In this document: one piece after another, positions 11,056 through 21,363 of the stretch | Position numbering within the stretch: the stretch's first letter is position 1 | How the letters are laid out: every line of letters begins with the position of its first letter | Assembly (NCBI GenBank): GCA_015494465.1 | Contig: WGBD01000011.1 | Coordinates: 3,553 to 67,552, forward strand | DNA from: Candidatus Omnitrophota bacterium | GTDB taxonomy: Bacteria; Omnitrophota; Gorgyraeia; S143-82 | Direction of reading: 5' to 3' | DNA: 64,000 nucleotides | Made by a program: the position numbers and the translations under genes | The notes under the pieces: model-generated | Told to the model about the DNA's origin: nothing | The model's input: only the letters and a program-made list of their open reading frames with translations | Database searches by the model: none

Positions 11056-12153
11056 CTACAAGCTCAAACGGACCGTCCCTTCGGTGTAAAACGGATAGGA
11101 AAAGAGCCTCGCCTCCCAGTCCCCCCTTCCCTTCACCCGCACCACATCGCCTTCCTTAAAATCCACATCCACATAAGCAAGGCCTATGGCCAGACCCAAG
11201 GAAGGGCTGTAGGATCCAGAGGTAATCTCTCCTATCTCCTCACCTGCCTCGGAGAAGACCTTATCCCCGTGCCGGAACGGTCGTCTGGTCTCTGATCTGA
11301 CCCCGATAAGGCGCCGCTTGACGCCCTCTTCCTTCTCTCTCAGGAGTCTTGCCTTACCGACAAACTCCTTTTCCCAGTCCACGAACCTCTCCAGATTGGC
11401 GGAGATTGGACTGACCCCGGTGTGGATGTCCTGCCCGTAAAGGGGATACCCCACCTCCAGACGAAGGGTATCGCGGGCCCCCAGGCCCGCCGGCCTGACC
11501 AGAGGATGGGCCAGAAGGGCATCCCAGAGGTCGAGGACCCGGTCAGCGTCTATGTACAGCTCGTATCCCAACTCCCCGGTGTATCCGGTCCTGCTCACCA
11601 GAATGGGAAGTCCCTGCCAGCGTTCTTCTACGAAGCGAAAGTACCTCAATCCCCCCACATCCCATCCGAGCACGGCCTCTAGGACCTCTCGGGACCTCGG
11701 GCCCTGCAGGTCTACCTTGGCCAGTTCCGAGGTGCGATCGGAGAGACGCAGACCCTCCGGAAGATGGGAACCTATCCACTCGTAATCGCTCCCGGTGGTG
11801 CCGGCATTCACCACCAACATAAACCTATCCTCACCTAGACGATACACGACGAGGTCGTCCAGTATGCCCCCGTCCTCGTTTAACATAAGGGTATACCGGC
11901 ACTGCCCTACCTCCAGAGAGGAAATCCTGTTCGTTAATAACCCATCCAGAAATCGTACGGATTCCGGACCCTCCACCTCTAGCCTGCCCATGTGGGAGAC
12001 ATCAAAAAGCGAAGCATTCTCCCGCGTCCAGAGGTGTTCCTCCACTATGGAAGAATAAGACACCGGCAAAAGCCACCCGGAAAAGTTTATCATCCGGGCG
12101 CCCATCTCCCGGTGGCGGTCATAAAGTGGCGTCCTCTTACCGTCTAAAGACAT
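11056..12153 (-). CDS. gcvT: Aminomethyltransferase (glycine cleavage T protein)
   Basis: 365 aa, GcvT fold ([14 protein letters not shown]... [12 protein letters not shown]). Confidence 0.9.
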   Translation of the reverse strand: MSLDGKRTPLYDRHREMGARMINFSGWLLPVSYSSIVEEHLWTRENASLFDVSHMGRLEVEGPESVRFLDGLLTNRISSLEVGQCRYTLMLNEDGGILDDLVVYRLGEDRFMLVVNAGTTGSDYEWIGSHLPEGLRLSDRTSELAKVDLQGPRSREVLEAVLGWDVGGLRYFRFVEERWQGLPILVSRTGYTGELGYELYIDADRVLDLWDALLAHPLVRPAGLGARDTLRLEVGYPLYGQDIHTGVSPISANLERFVDWEKEFVGKARLLREKEEGVKRRLIGVRSETRRPFRHGDKVFSEAGEEIGEITSGSYSPSLGLAIGLAYVDVDFKEGDVVRVKGRGDWEARLFSYPFYTEGTVRLSL

Positions 12154-12760
12154 CGCTCCTGAGTATCTCCCTGACCAGCGCGAACTTCAGTGCCTCTCTA
12201 TCCACCTCTCCGCCGCCGGGCCTCTTTATCTGCCCGAAACGGCCCTCTTCACCACAGGGGTACACCATCTCGTTGACCTCAGGATCCAGACGATAGGTGA
12301 TACCTGCGCCGTGATACACCCAAAAACGCCTGCAGGCCACACCAAACGAGGCCACTTTCTCCCTGCCCATCCAGAGCCCGTTGTCCCTTTCTTCAACCTC
12401 GACCCCCGATCTCTCCAAGGCCCGGCGGACTACATCCACCAGCTCCCGGAAGTATCTGGACAGTCCAAGACCAAGGGCCCTAAGGTTGAAGACCGGATAG
12501 AGCATAAGTTGTCCGGGAAAGTGGGCAGTGATACTGCCTCCTCTATCCGTCTTCACAACTGGCCAACCAACCTCTTTCGTCCTGAACATCCTGCCCTTGG
12601 GCGTGCGACCGACGGTTATGACCCGGGGATGCTCACAGAAAAACACCCTCACCTTGTTGTCAATCTCCCCGGAGATAAGGCGCTGGGCCTCATCCATCCA
12701 GCGCGAATAATCTACAAGACCGATGTCTTTAAACTCGATGTCGAGGAAACATCCAGCCAA
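12137..12760 (-). CDS. lipB: Octanoyltransferase LipB
   Basis: 207 aa with the LipB pattern FFCEHPRVITVGR and catalytic region. Overlaps gcvT by 17 nt, so it is co-operonic with its GcvH substrate. Confidence 0.8.
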   Translation of the reverse strand: MAGCFLDIEFKDIGLVDYSRWMDEAQRLISGEIDNKVRVFFCEHPRVITVGRTPKGRMFRTKEVGWPVVKTDRGGSITAHFPGQLMLYPVFNLRALGLGLSRYFRELVDVVRRALERSGVEVEERDNGLWMGREKVASFGVACRRFWVYHGAGITYRLDPEVNEMVYPCGEEGRFGQIKRPGGGEVDREALKFALVREILRSDVFRR

Positions 12761-12761
12761 T

Positions 12762-13148
12762 TCACTTCTCTAATCTCTTGATGAGGTATCCCATTATCTT
12801 CACTGCTGTGTCCACATCGGGCAGTAACTTGGCCATCTTCCTCGCCTTTACCAGCGTATTGGTGCCTGCAGGTTTACCCTCCACCTGGATCTGCACATAA
12901 TCCTTACCGAAGACCTTCTCCGCGTAGATTATCCCCTTTTCCTTGTCTATTTTCACTATCTCACCGTTCTGAGACAGGTAATCTATACAGGTCTTCCACA
13001 CCTCCTGCAGGTCCGCGGAGAAGGTGTACTCCACCGAATCGTCGGATATTATCACACCTCCCAGCATACCGCCACCCAGCAGGGCAGCGGTGCAACCCGC
13101 AGACAAGAACACCCCCGCCAACATGCCAAGACCGACCAACCACCTCAT
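12762..13148 (-). CDS. Hypothetical lipoprotein (128 aa)
   Basis: Signal peptide with lipobox LSAGC. Small globular body. No confident family call. Confidence 0.5.
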   Translation of the reverse strand: MRWLVGLGMLAGVFLSAGCTAALLGGGMLGGVIISDDSVEYTFSADLQEVWKTCIDYLSQNGEIVKIDKEKGIIYAEKVFGKDYVQIQVEGKPAGTNTLVKARKMAKLLPDVDTAVKIMGYLIKRLEK

Positions 13149-14254
13149 AGTCCCCTCCTGGAAATCACCTTTACCACCTGTCTGGCTATCATCAACTCCT
13201 CGTCGGTAGGTATGACCAGTATCTCGGGTTGCTTCTTAAACAGGCCCTTTACCGCCCGCCTCACGAACTGGCGCACCTCCGCCACATGCTCACCTATCCC
13301 CCCGGTGAACACTATCGCATCCACCCTACCCAACACCACCGCATAGGCACCGATGTACTTCAGTAGCCTGTACTTAAAGACCTCTATCGCAAGGCCTGCC
13401 CGCTCGTTCCCCTTCTTTCTGGCCTGCATGAGGTCGCGGAAGTCGTTGCTCACCCCGGAGAGGCCCTTTAGCCCGCTCTCCTTGTTGAGGACCTTGTCGA
13501 CCTCGTCGGGCGAAAGGGAAAGTTGCCTCTGCAGGAATATCACCAGCGCAGGATCCAGATCGCCCGAGCGCGTACCCATTACCAGGCCCTCCAGAGGGGT
13601 AAAGCCCATAGAGGTGTCCACCGACTTGCCACCCTTGACCGCAGTGATACTGCAACCGTTCCCCAGATGACAGGTAATCAGATTGAGCCTGCTCAATGGC
13701 TTCTTCAACAACTCGCTAGCCCGCAGGCTGACATAGTGATGGCTGGTCCCGTGGAATCCGTACCGCCTCACCCCGTAGCGGGAATAGTATTCAAACGGTA
13801 GCGCATACATATAGGCCCTCTCAGGGATAGTGGAGTGGAAGGCCGTGTCGAAAACTGCCACTTGGGGGACATTGGGTAGGAGTTTCTTGCAGGCGATTAT
13901 ACCTTCCAAATTTGCAGGGTTGTGGAGAGGAGCAAGTTTAAATAGTTCGCGTATCTTGTTTATCACCTTATTATCTATCCGGGTCGGCTTGATAAAGGCC
14001 TCGCCCCCGTGAACCACCCGATGCCCGACTGCGTAGATCTCCCATCTGTCTATCCCTGCGGAGAACATCTGTTGAAAGGCCAGTTCCAGGGCCTGATGGT
14101 GATCCCTGACCTCTGATCCCTTCTCTCCGATGTGTTCTATAAGTCCCTTTGCCCTAACCTGTTCCTCAGGAAAGGAGAAGAGTTTGAACTTCAGAGAGGA
14201 GCTCCCGCAGTTTACGGTGAGTATCAGTCTGTCATTCTTCTTTTTCCTGCCCAT
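13145..14254 (-). CDS. ackA: Acetate kinase
   Basis: ILTVNCGSSSLKF is the AckA N-terminal motif. The true ATG (MGRKKKNDRLILTVN) is at 14254. The ORF-track extension to 14335 runs through the pta 3' end in another frame. The start overlaps pta by 23 nt. Confidence 0.9.
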   Translation of the reverse strand: MGRKKKNDRLILTVNCGSSSLKFKLFSFPEEQVRAKGLIEHIGEKGSEVRDHHQALELAFQQMFSAGIDRWEIYAVGHRVVHGGEAFIKPTRIDNKVINKIRELFKLAPLHNPANLEGIIACKKLLPNVPQVAVFDTAFHSTIPERAYMYALPFEYYSRYGVRRYGFHGTSHHYVSLRASELLKKPLSRLNLITCHLGNGCSITAVKGGKSVDTSMGFTPLEGLVMGTRSGDLDPALVIFLQRQLSLSPDEVDKVLNKESGLKGLSGVSNDFRDLMQARKKGNERAGLAIEVFKYRLLKYIGAYAVVLGRVDAIVFTGGIGEHVAEVRQFVRRAVKGLFKKQPEILVIPTDEELMIARQVVKVISRRGL

Positions 14255-15218
14255 AACCCCAGTTGTTCGCGCGCAACACGGTAATCGCCACGCAGTCCAC
14301 GATGTCGTCCACCGAACAGCCCCGGGACAGATCACTGCAAGGCCTCGCCCCGCCCATTATTATCGGACCTATTGCCCTCGCCTTGGCGAGTCTTTCTACC
14401 AGCTTGTAGGAGATGTTGCCTGCGTTCAGGTCGGGGAATATCAGGACATTTGCCCGACCAGCCACCGGACTGTCCTTTACTTTGTGCTGGGCCACCTCAG
14501 GAACGATTGCGGAGTCCACCTGCAGTTCCCCGTCGATGGCCACCTCTGGGGCCATGTCCTTGGCCAGGGCAACCGCCTTTCTCACCTTGTCCACCTCCGG
14601 GCCCTCAGCACTCCCCTTTGAGGAATAACTCAAGAACGCTACCCGGGGCTCCACCTCCAGGACCTCTCGGGTCAGACGGGCGGTGGACACGCCGATGTGG
14701 GCGAGTTGCTTCTCGTTGGGCATCGGAACCACCGCGCAATCGGCAAAGACCAAGACCCCGTTCTCCCCGTAACGGGAATCCGGTACCACCATAAAAAAGG
14801 CACCGCATATAACCCTTGCTCGAGGGGCAAGCCCTATGCAGTACAGGACCGCCCGCACCACATCCGCAGTCGTGTTTACCGCACCTGCAACGAACCCGTC
14901 TGCATTCCCGTGCCGGACCTCCATCGCTGCATAAAAGAGAGGGTTCTCCATGTAGGCCCGGGCGGACTCCGGAGTGACGCCCTTGGCCTTGCGGAGCTCG
15001 TAAAACTCCTCGGTGTACCTCTGTACCTTTTCCGGATCCAGGTTGTCCTTGGAGAGTTTTATCAGACGGGCAATCCCCTCGGATTCAATTATCTTGGAAG
15101 CCTCCTGCATGCGGGGATCTTCCATCTCGGGGAGGATTATGGTGCGGGGGTTCTCTTTGGCTTTGGATCTTATCCGGGAAACGAAGGCATCTGCCATACA
15201 CCACCTCTCTGATTGCAA
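14232..15218 (-). CDS. pta: Phosphate acetyltransferase (short PTA_PTB-only form)
   Basis: 328 aa Pta catalytic domain, directly upstream of and overlapping ackA. Confidence 0.88.
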   Translation of the reverse strand: MQSERWCMADAFVSRIRSKAKENPRTIILPEMEDPRMQEASKIIESEGIARLIKLSKDNLDPEKVQRYTEEFYELRKAKGVTPESARAYMENPLFYAAMEVRHGNADGFVAGAVNTTADVVRAVLYCIGLAPRARVICGAFFMVVPDSRYGENGVLVFADCAVVPMPNEKQLAHIGVSTARLTREVLEVEPRVAFLSYSSKGSAEGPEVDKVRKAVALAKDMAPEVAIDGELQVDSAIVPEVAQHKVKDSPVAGRANVLIFPDLNAGNISYKLVERLAKARAIGPIIMGGARPCSDLSRGCSVDDIVDCVAITVLRANNWGYGQEKEE

Positions 15219-15254
15219 AACGAGTTAATATCCTACTACCCTTTTGACCAACTG

Positions 15255-17255
15255 TCAAATGCGCAGTTCCACCCCGAGGGCCTTTAAGCCCTCCATAATC
15301 TCCCCAACGAAGCGGTTTACCTCCTCGTCGGTGAGGGTGCGATCCTCCGCCCAGAACCTCAACCTGTAGGCGTAACTGTAGCGTCCCTCCTTTCGGAAGA
15401 CATCTATCAGCCTAACCTCTTTCAAGAACTCCCCTCCCCGACGCTGCATCTCCTCCACGAGGTCCTGATGACTTATGCGGGAGGTATCCACCCACATACT
15501 CAGATCCCTCTCTACCGCTGGAAAGTTGGGAAGCGGACGATACCTCTTTTGAGAACCCAAAAGGGGTTTTAACACCTTCTCCAGATCCAGCCTCAGGAAG
15601 AATACCGGATCCTTCAGGTCAAACTCCTGCGATACCCTCTTGCGGACCTTTCCCACATCTCCGACCCGCTCACCGTCAACGAGGACCTCTGCATAGGAGG
15701 CAAACCTCCTGTCCTTCTTGGGAACGAACTTCTCCTTTCCCTTAAAGAGATCCTGTAGCACCACCCGCACCTGGGCATAGGCGGATCCCATGTCCCTTGC
15801 CATAGAGACCAAGGCCAGTTCCAGACGCTCCTTGCAGAGCGTATCCCCGGAGAGGACCTGAGATATCTCGTAAAGTTTTACCTCCTTTACCCCTCGCGAG
15901 GCATTGTAGCGGAGGGAAGACAACAGGCCCGGCAACGCAGAGGGACGCAGATAGGTGTAATCCCTGCTTATGGTATTGGAGACCTTCAACAAGCGCTCTC
16001 CGGGAAACAGGAGTTCCGCCTGTTTTCCGGATATAAGGGAGAAACTTATGCACTCAAAGTAGCCCCTAGCCTGGAGGATCTGCGCTATCTCCCGTAAGGT
16101 CCTCTCTCTGGGACTGAACTCCCCCCTCAAACTGTTGGCCTTTATACAGGGCAGGTCCGAGGGTAGTTTGTCGTATCCGTATATCCTCAGGACCTCCTCC
16201 ACCAGGTCCTCGGGTATACCCACATCGAACCGGAACGAGGGAACAGCGACATCGAAGGTCTTGCCTATCCGCTTTACCTTAAACCCAAGATGAGAAAGTA
16301 TCTCCTCCTGCTCTTTAACCGGCACCTTCACCCCGGTTAACTCCTCCACCGTCGAAAATGGGAGGCTAACTATCCGCTTCTGACTGGGATCGTACCTGTC
16401 GTACACCTTCGCCCCTACGATCCTGCCCCCGCACAGGCGCACTATCATATCGCCTGCGAGATAACAGGCCTTCTCCACCCCCACGGGATCTACCCCCCGT
16501 TCGAAGCGATAGGAGGCCTCGGTGGATATGCCCAACCTCTGTCTGGTGCGCCTTATGGGGACTCTGGGGAAGAGCGCGGACTCCAAAAGTATCCGGGTGG
16601 TGCCCCTGCCTTGTCCGGACAGTGGAGGGGTTATCTCACTGCTGAGTCCACCGATTATCCCCGCCAAGGCGACCGGAGAGACGGCATCCGCTATCACTAT
16701 GTCCTCGGGGCTTAATATTCTCTCTTTGTGGTCTATGGTCTCTATCTTCTCGCCCTTGCGCGCCCGCCTGACCCTCAGCAGGCCACCGTTTATACGGTCG
16801 AAGTCAAAGGCGTGCAGGGGCTGTCCGAACAGGAGCATCACATAATTGGTGATGTCCACGACATTGTTGACGGGGTTTATCCCGCAACAGAGGAGCCTCT
16901 TCTGGAGCCAATCCGGAGACGGACCGACCTCTACCCCGTCTATCCTGAGGCCAAAGTACCTCAGGGCGCAGTCCTCCTCCACCTCCAACTCGAAGTCTCC
17001 GTCCTTCAGCTCCAGATCCGGGACCTCCGGCAGGCGCAACCGACTCCTTGCCAAGGCGGAGACCTCCCTGCCAATGCCTATCACCGAAAGCCAGTCCGGT
17101 CGGTTGCTGGTTATCTCCACCTCAATGCTGGGAAGTTCGCAGGGGACCACCCAGGCATTCAGCCCGGCCATCGTCAACCTGTCCGCCAACTCCTCTGCGG
17201 ACCAGTCGAAGTCCACTAATTCCTTCAACCAATCAAGGCTAACTCGCATAATCAC
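15255..17255 (-). CDS. pheT: Phenylalanine--tRNA ligase beta subunit
   Basis: 666 aa; the N-terminus MIMRVSLDWLKELVDFDWSAEELADRLTMAGL is the PheT signature. Follows pheS. Confidence 0.92.
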   Translation of the reverse strand: MIMRVSLDWLKELVDFDWSAEELADRLTMAGLNAWVVPCELPSIEVEITSNRPDWLSVIGIGREVSALARSRLRLPEVPDLELKDGDFELEVEEDCALRYFGLRIDGVEVGPSPDWLQKRLLCCGINPVNNVVDITNYVMLLFGQPLHAFDFDRINGGLLRVRRARKGEKIETIDHKERILSPEDIVIADAVSPVALAGIIGGLSSEITPPLSGQGRGTTRILLESALFPRVPIRRTRQRLGISTEASYRFERGVDPVGVEKACYLAGDMIVRLCGGRIVGAKVYDRYDPSQKRIVSLPFSTVEELTGVKVPVKEQEEILSHLGFKVKRIGKTFDVAVPSFRFDVGIPEDLVEEVLRIYGYDKLPSDLPCIKANSLRGEFSPRERTLREIAQILQARGYFECISFSLISGKQAELLFPGERLLKVSNTISRDYTYLRPSALPGLLSSLRYNASRGVKEVKLYEISQVLSGDTLCKERLELALVSMARDMGSAYAQVRVVLQDLFKGKEKFVPKKDRRFASYAEVLVDGERVGDVGKVRKRVSQEFDLKDPVFFLRLDLEKVLKPLLGSQKRYRPLPNFPAVERDLSMWVDTSRISHQDLVEEMQRRGGEFLKEVRLIDVFRKEGRYSYAYRLRFWAEDRTLTDEEVNRFVGEIMEGLKALGVELRI

Positions 17256-17261
17256 CCCGTC

Positions 17262-18299
17262 CTAAAACTGCCTCAGGAACCGCACATCCCCGGTGTAAAA
17301 CAGGCGTATGTCCGGGATGCCGTATCTCAACATACACATCCTCTCCACCCCAAGGCCAAAGGCAATTCCCGTCAAGCCCTCGCTACCGCTGGGTATGTTG
17401 GCAAGGACCTTGGGGTGGATCATCCCGCACCCCAAGACCTCTATCCATCCGGTCCCCTTACACACCGAACAGCCCTTTCCCTTGCAGAACATACAGGAGA
17501 CATCCACCTCGGCAGAGGGCTCGGTAAACGGGAAGTAATGGGGGCGGAACCTTAATTCCACCGAGCGATCAAAGAACCTGCGGGCGAACTCCCAAAGGAC
17601 CGCCTTGAGGTGATAGAACTTTATCCCCCTATCCACCGCAAATCCCTCTATCTGGTGGAACATAAAACTGTGGCTGGAATCCACTGCATCCGGGCGATAC
17701 ACCCTACCCGGGACCACCACCGCAAACGGTGGCTCGTACGCCTCCATTATCCTCACCTGCATTGGAGAGGTATGACTCCGCAACAGGTACCTGCCCTTCT
17801 CTTTATCCGCAGGTAGATCCAGATAAAACGTGTCAAAGGCATCCCGCGAGGGGTGAGTGATGTCTATGTTAAGGGCGCTGAAGTTGTAGAACTCCTGCTC
17901 TATCTCCGGACCGGTGGCAAGGGCGAAACCCAACTCCTCAAATATGGACACGATCTCCTCTATCGTCTGGGTAATGATGTGCGGTCGCCCTAGATCGGGC
18001 AAAAAGGCGGGGAGGCTGAGGTCAGGGATCTCCTCTTCCGCCTCCTGGAGGAGGTTGCGCTTCTCGCTTATCCACTCCTCAAAGGCCCGCTTGATCTTAT
18101 TGGCGAACTGGCCCAGTTCCCGTCTCTCTTCGGCGGGGGCCTTCTTTACAAAGTCGAAAAGGGCCTTTATCGGCCCTTTCTTGCCCAGAAACTCGGTTCT
18201 TATCTTCTCCAGTTCCCCCGAAGGGATGATAGCAGGATAACGCGACCTTAACTCTTCTAAGGCCTTCTCCAGTCTCTTTACTTCTTCCCGCCAATCCAT
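17262..18299 (-). CDS. pheS: Phenylalanine--tRNA ligase alpha subunit
   Basis: Class II aaRS core. True start is MDWREEVKRLEK at 18299. The ORF-track extension to 18614 overlaps rplT in another frame. Confidence 0.9.
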   Translation of the reverse strand: MDWREEVKRLEKALEELRSRYPAIIPSGELEKIRTEFLGKKGPIKALFDFVKKAPAEERRELGQFANKIKRAFEEWISEKRNLLQEAEEEIPDLSLPAFLPDLGRPHIITQTIEEIVSIFEELGFALATGPEIEQEFYNFSALNIDITHPSRDAFDTFYLDLPADKEKGRYLLRSHTSPMQVRIMEAYEPPFAVVVPGRVYRPDAVDSSHSFMFHQIEGFAVDRGIKFYHLKAVLWEFARRFFDRSVELRFRPHYFPFTEPSAEVDVSCMFCKGKGCSVCKGTGWIEVLGCGMIHPKVLANIPSGSEGLTGIAFGLGVERMCMLRYGIPDIRLFYTGDVRFLRQF

Positions 18300-18310
18300 A
18301 AGGTGCCGGA

Positions 18311-18658
18311 TCAGGACTGATTGGCAAGTTCCACCAACTGGGCAAAGTCGTCGGGATGATTGACCGCCAACTCCGCCAGTATCTTCCTGTCCAGGGCAAC
18401 GCCCTTCTTCTTCAGACCGTCTATAAACTTGCTGTAGGAGGTACCGAGGGCCTTGCAGGCGGCACTTATCCTGACGATCCAGAGCCTGCGGAACATTCGC
18501 TTGCGGGTGCGCCTGTCCCTGTAGGCATAGCGCAACGCCCTCATCACCGTCTCGTGCACCCTGCGATAATGGGACTTGCGGGCCCCCCAATAGCCCTTTG
18601 CCATCTTGCGCCACTTCTTGTGACGGGCGCGTTTGGTAACCGAGGTCTTTATCCTCAT
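18311..18658 (-). CDS. rplT: 50S ribosomal protein L20
   Basis: 115 aa, MRIKTSVTKRARHKKWRKMAKGYWGARK. Confidence 0.95.
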   Translation of the reverse strand: MRIKTSVTKRARHKKWRKMAKGYWGARKSHYRRVHETVMRALRYAYRDRRTRKRMFRRLWIVRISAACKALGTSYSKFIDGLKKKGVALDRKILAELAVNHPDDFAQLVELANQS

Positions 18659-18677
18659 CTATTCCTCACCCCTTTCC

Positions 18678-18872
18678 CTACTCGTTCACCAACTGTTTAA
18701 TCGTCTTTGCCTGCTCTCCCTTGATCTGCCCCTTCTTTCTAAGCCTGCGCATCCTCTTGGAGGGCTTCCCGGTTAAGAGGTGCCTCCTTCCCGCCTTGGC
18801 GTGGAGGACCTTGCCTTTGGCACTCACCTTGAACCGCTTCTTCGCACCTTTATGCGTCTTCACCTTGGGCAT
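18678..18872 (-). CDS. rpmI: 50S ribosomal protein L35
   Basis: 64 aa, MPKVKTHKGAKKRFKVSAKGK. Confidence 0.95.
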   Translation of the reverse strand: MPKVKTHKGAKKRFKVSAKGKVLHAKAGRRHLLTGKPSKRMRRLRKKGQIKGEQAKTIKQLVNE

Positions 18873-18874
18873 AA

Positions 18875-19459
18875 TCAGTCTCCTTTCTCCTCACTGGACA
18901 CGGCAACCGCATCGGTATCCGCCTTTGATTCGCTCCGGTTTTTCTTCTTTCCCGGAGCCATTATCACCGTCAAGTTGTTGCCTTCCCAGCGCTTATCCCT
19001 ATCCACTTGGGCAATGTCGGATAAAGATTCTATCACATTATTTAATAAATTTTCACCAATTTCTTTATGGGCCAGATCCCTTCCCCGAAACATAAGGGTC
19101 ATCTTCACCTTGTGTCCGTCCTCGAGGAATTCCCGGGCGTGCTTGACCTTTATTTCCAGATCGTGCTTGTCTATTCGGGCCTTAAAGCGTATCTCCTTGA
19201 GCTGGCTCTGCTTTTGATGCTTTTTTGCCTCCCTCTCCTTCTTCTTCTGCTCGTACTTGTACTTGTTGAAATCCATTATCCGACAGACCGGCGGATCTGC
19301 ATTCGGCGCCACCTCCACCAGATCCAGGTCCATCTCCTCTGCCTTCCTCAAGGCCTCGTAGACCTTCATTATCCCCAACTGCTGTCCGTCCGGACCTATC
19401 ACCCTAACCCTTGGACAGCGTATCTCGTGATTTATCCGGATCTGTCTCTCGTTGAAAAT
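18875..19459 (-). CDS. infC: Translation initiation factor IF-3, with AUU start codon
   Basis: IF-3 core (IGPDGQQLGIMKVYEALRKAEEMDLDLVEV). The reading frame continues upstream of the first ATG to an ATT at 19459, preceded by the strong SD AAAAGGAGGTGGACC. An AUU start is the conserved autoregulatory feature of infC. This gives INHEIRCPRVRVIGPDGQQ, matching the canonical IF-3 N-terminus. Confidence 0.88.
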   Translation of the reverse strand: MFNERQIRINHEIRCPRVRVIGPDGQQLGIMKVYEALRKAEEMDLDLVEVAPNADPPVCRIMDFNKYKYEQKKKEREAKKHQKQSQLKEIRFKARIDKHDLEIKVKHAREFLEDGHKVKMTLMFRGRDLAHKEIGENLLNNVIESLSDIAQVDRDKRWEGNNLTVIMAPGKKKNRSESKADTDAVAVSSEEKGD

Positions 19460-19473
19460 GGTCCACCTCCTTT

Positions 19474-21189
19474 TTACAGGTTCTCCCGCTCCTTTACCAA
19501 ACCCACGAACTCCTCCAGCGACATCACACCCTCGTCCCTTTTGCCCCGGGCCCTGACCGAGACCTTCCCCTCCGCCTGCTCCTTTTCGCCGACGACGAGC
19601 ATGTAAGGGACCTTCTGCTTCTCTGCGGTGCGTATCTTCTTGGGCAGGGTCTCGGAACCGTCGTCCACGCTTACACGCCAGTTCTCCCTCTCCTCTATCC
19701 GCCTTGCCACCTCCCTTGCGTAGTCCAGGAACCTATCCGAGACCGGCAGTACCCGAACCTGCTCCGGGGCGAGCCAGAAGGGAAAGGCCCCTGCGTAGTG
19801 TTCAATCAGGGTACCTATGAAGCGCTCTATGCTCCCCAGCACGACACGATGTATCATTATCGGGCGGTGAGGCCTGCCGTCCTTGTCTATGTACTCCAGT
19901 TGAAACCTTTCCGGCAGGGAGAAGTCGCACTGGATGGTCGCGCACTGCCAGGAACGCCCGATGGCGTCCTTCAACTTCACATCTATCTTGGGCCCGTAAA
20001 AGGCCCCCTCTCCAGGATTTATCCGGTAATCGATCCCCCGGACCTCCAAGGCCTTCTTGAGGGCATCTGTAGCCCTCTCCCAGTTCTCCTCACTGCCTAT
20101 GTACTCGTCCGGTCGGGTGCTTATCTCCATCTCCACATCCTCAAAGCCGAAAACCTTCAAGACATCCCGGACGAAATCCACCACCCCTCCTATCTCCTCC
20201 TCCAACTGATCCGCGCGACAGAATATGTGGGCGTCGTCCTGAGTAAAGCCTCTCACCCGCAACAGGCCGTGCAGTACACCAGCGCGCTCGTACCTGTAGA
20301 CGGTGCCCAACTCGAACAACCTTATCGGAAGATCCCGATAACTGCGTATCTTGGACTTGTAGACCATGATGTGGCCGGGGCAGTTCATCGGCTTTATCCC
20401 GTACTCCTTGCCCTCTATCTCAAACATAAACATGTTTTCCCGGTAGTAGTCGTAATGCCCGGATATCTTCCAGATGTCCGCCTTCATTATGTGGGGAATG
20501 ACCACCAGTTGGTATCCCCGCCTCAGGTGTTCCTTCTTCAGGAAGTCCTCCAGTATTGACCTTACCATCGCGCCCTTGGGGTGCCATATCACCAGTCCCG
20601 GGCCTATCTCGTCGTAAAAGTCAAACAATTCCAGTTCCCTGCCGAGTCTGCGGTGGTCCCTGCGCTTGGCCTCTTCCAGACGGCGCAGGTATTCTTTTAG
20701 TTCCTCTTCGTTCTCAAAGGCGGTGCCGTAGATCCTCTGAAGCATGGGACGATTCTCGTCCCCCCGCCAATAGGCACCCGCAACCGACAGGAGTTTGAAG
20801 GCCTTCACCTCGCCGGTGCTCTTCACATGCGGACCCCGGCAGAGGTCTATAAAGTCGCCGTCCCTGTAGAAGGAGATTGTCTCGCCCTCGGGGATCTCCT
20901 CCAAGAGTTCCAGTTTGAAGTCCTCGCCTGCCTCCCGAAGTATGCGTCTGGCTTCTTCACGAGAGGTCTCTATCCTCTCGAAAGGATAGTTCTCCTTTAC
21001 GATCCTGCGCATCTCTTTCTCTATACGCTTGAGGTCCTCGGGAGTAAAGCCCTCGGGGTAGTAGAAGTCGTAGTAAAAACCATCCTCTATCGCAGGGCCT
21101 ATCCCCAGTTTAACTCCCGGATAGAGACGCTTTACCGCCTGCGCCAGTATGTGAGAGGCGCTGTGTCTTAAGGTATCCAATCGGTCCAT
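19474..21189 (-). CDS. thrS: Threonine--tRNA ligase (short form lacking the N-terminal TGS domain)
   Basis: N2 editing-domain HxxxH ([12 protein letters not shown]), class II catalytic core and anticodon-binding domain. The ORF-track start at 21288 overlaps tRNA-Glu. The first ATG outside the tRNA is at 21189 ([13 protein letters not shown]), with AAAGGGGATGAG upstream. Confidence 0.88.
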   Translation of the reverse strand: MDRLDTLRHSASHILAQAVKRLYPGVKLGIGPAIEDGFYYDFYYPEGFTPEDLKRIEKEMRRIVKENYPFERIETSREEARRILREAGEDFKLELLEEIPEGETISFYRDGDFIDLCRGPHVKSTGEVKAFKLLSVAGAYWRGDENRPMLQRIYGTAFENEEELKEYLRRLEEAKRRDHRRLGRELELFDFYDEIGPGLVIWHPKGAMVRSILEDFLKKEHLRRGYQLVVIPHIMKADIWKISGHYDYYRENMFMFEIEGKEYGIKPMNCPGHIMVYKSKIRSYRDLPIRLFELGTVYRYERAGVLHGLLRVRGFTQDDAHIFCRADQLEEEIGGVVDFVRDVLKVFGFEDVEMEISTRPDEYIGSEENWERATDALKKALEVRGIDYRINPGEGAFYGPKIDVKLKDAIGRSWQCATIQCDFSLPERFQLEYIDKDGRPHRPIMIHRVVLGSIERFIGTLIEHYAGAFPFWLAPEQVRVLPVSDRFLDYAREVARRIEERENWRVSVDDGSETLPKKIRTAEKQKVPYMLVVGEKEQAEGKVSVRARGKRDEGVMSLEEFVGLVKERENL

Positions 21190-21210
21190 CTGATTCTCAT
21201 CCCCTTTCCC

Positions 21211-21241
21211 ACAAAATACAAAAAACCGGGAACCCTCCCGG
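21211..21241 (-). terminator. Hairpin plus U-tract between tRNA-Glu and thrS (terminator-like or attenuator)
   Basis: Minus strand reads CCGGGA-GGGT-TCCCGG followed by TTTTTTGTATTTTG. It starts 14 nt after the tRNA-Glu 3' end and lies 20 to 50 nt upstream of the thrS ATG. Confidence 0.55.
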
Positions 21242-21255
21242 TATTGCCTTCTCAA

Positions 21256-21333
21256 TGGCGTCCCCACGGGGATTTGAACCCCGGCCAAGGGCTCGAAAGG
21301 CCCGTGTCCTAGACCTGGCTAGACGATGGGGAC
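21256..21333 (-). tRNA. tRNA-Glu (anticodon UUC), CCA encoded
   Basis: Reverse complement is GTCCCCATCGTCTAGCCAGGTCTAGGACACGGGCCTTTCGAGCCCTTGGCCGGGGTTCAAATCCCCGTGGGGACGCCA. It has a 7 bp acceptor stem, anticodon loop CTTTCGA and a TTCAAAT T-loop. Closely resembles E. coli tRNA-Glu. Confidence 0.85.
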
Positions 21334-21363
21334 GAATCACAAACATTGTAATTGTATTTTGCT

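Noticed and set aside
13145-18614. N-terminal extensions proposed by the ORF track for ackA (to 14335), pheS (to 18614), pyrG (to 38967), phoH2 (to 34515), ftsI (to 48213) and the HExxH protein (to 41982)
   Set aside because: Each extension runs through the upstream gene in a different frame and encodes non-homologous sequence. Internal ATGs that match the conserved N-termini of the respective families were chosen instead; the kdsB, phoH2 and HExxH-protein starts have an SD.
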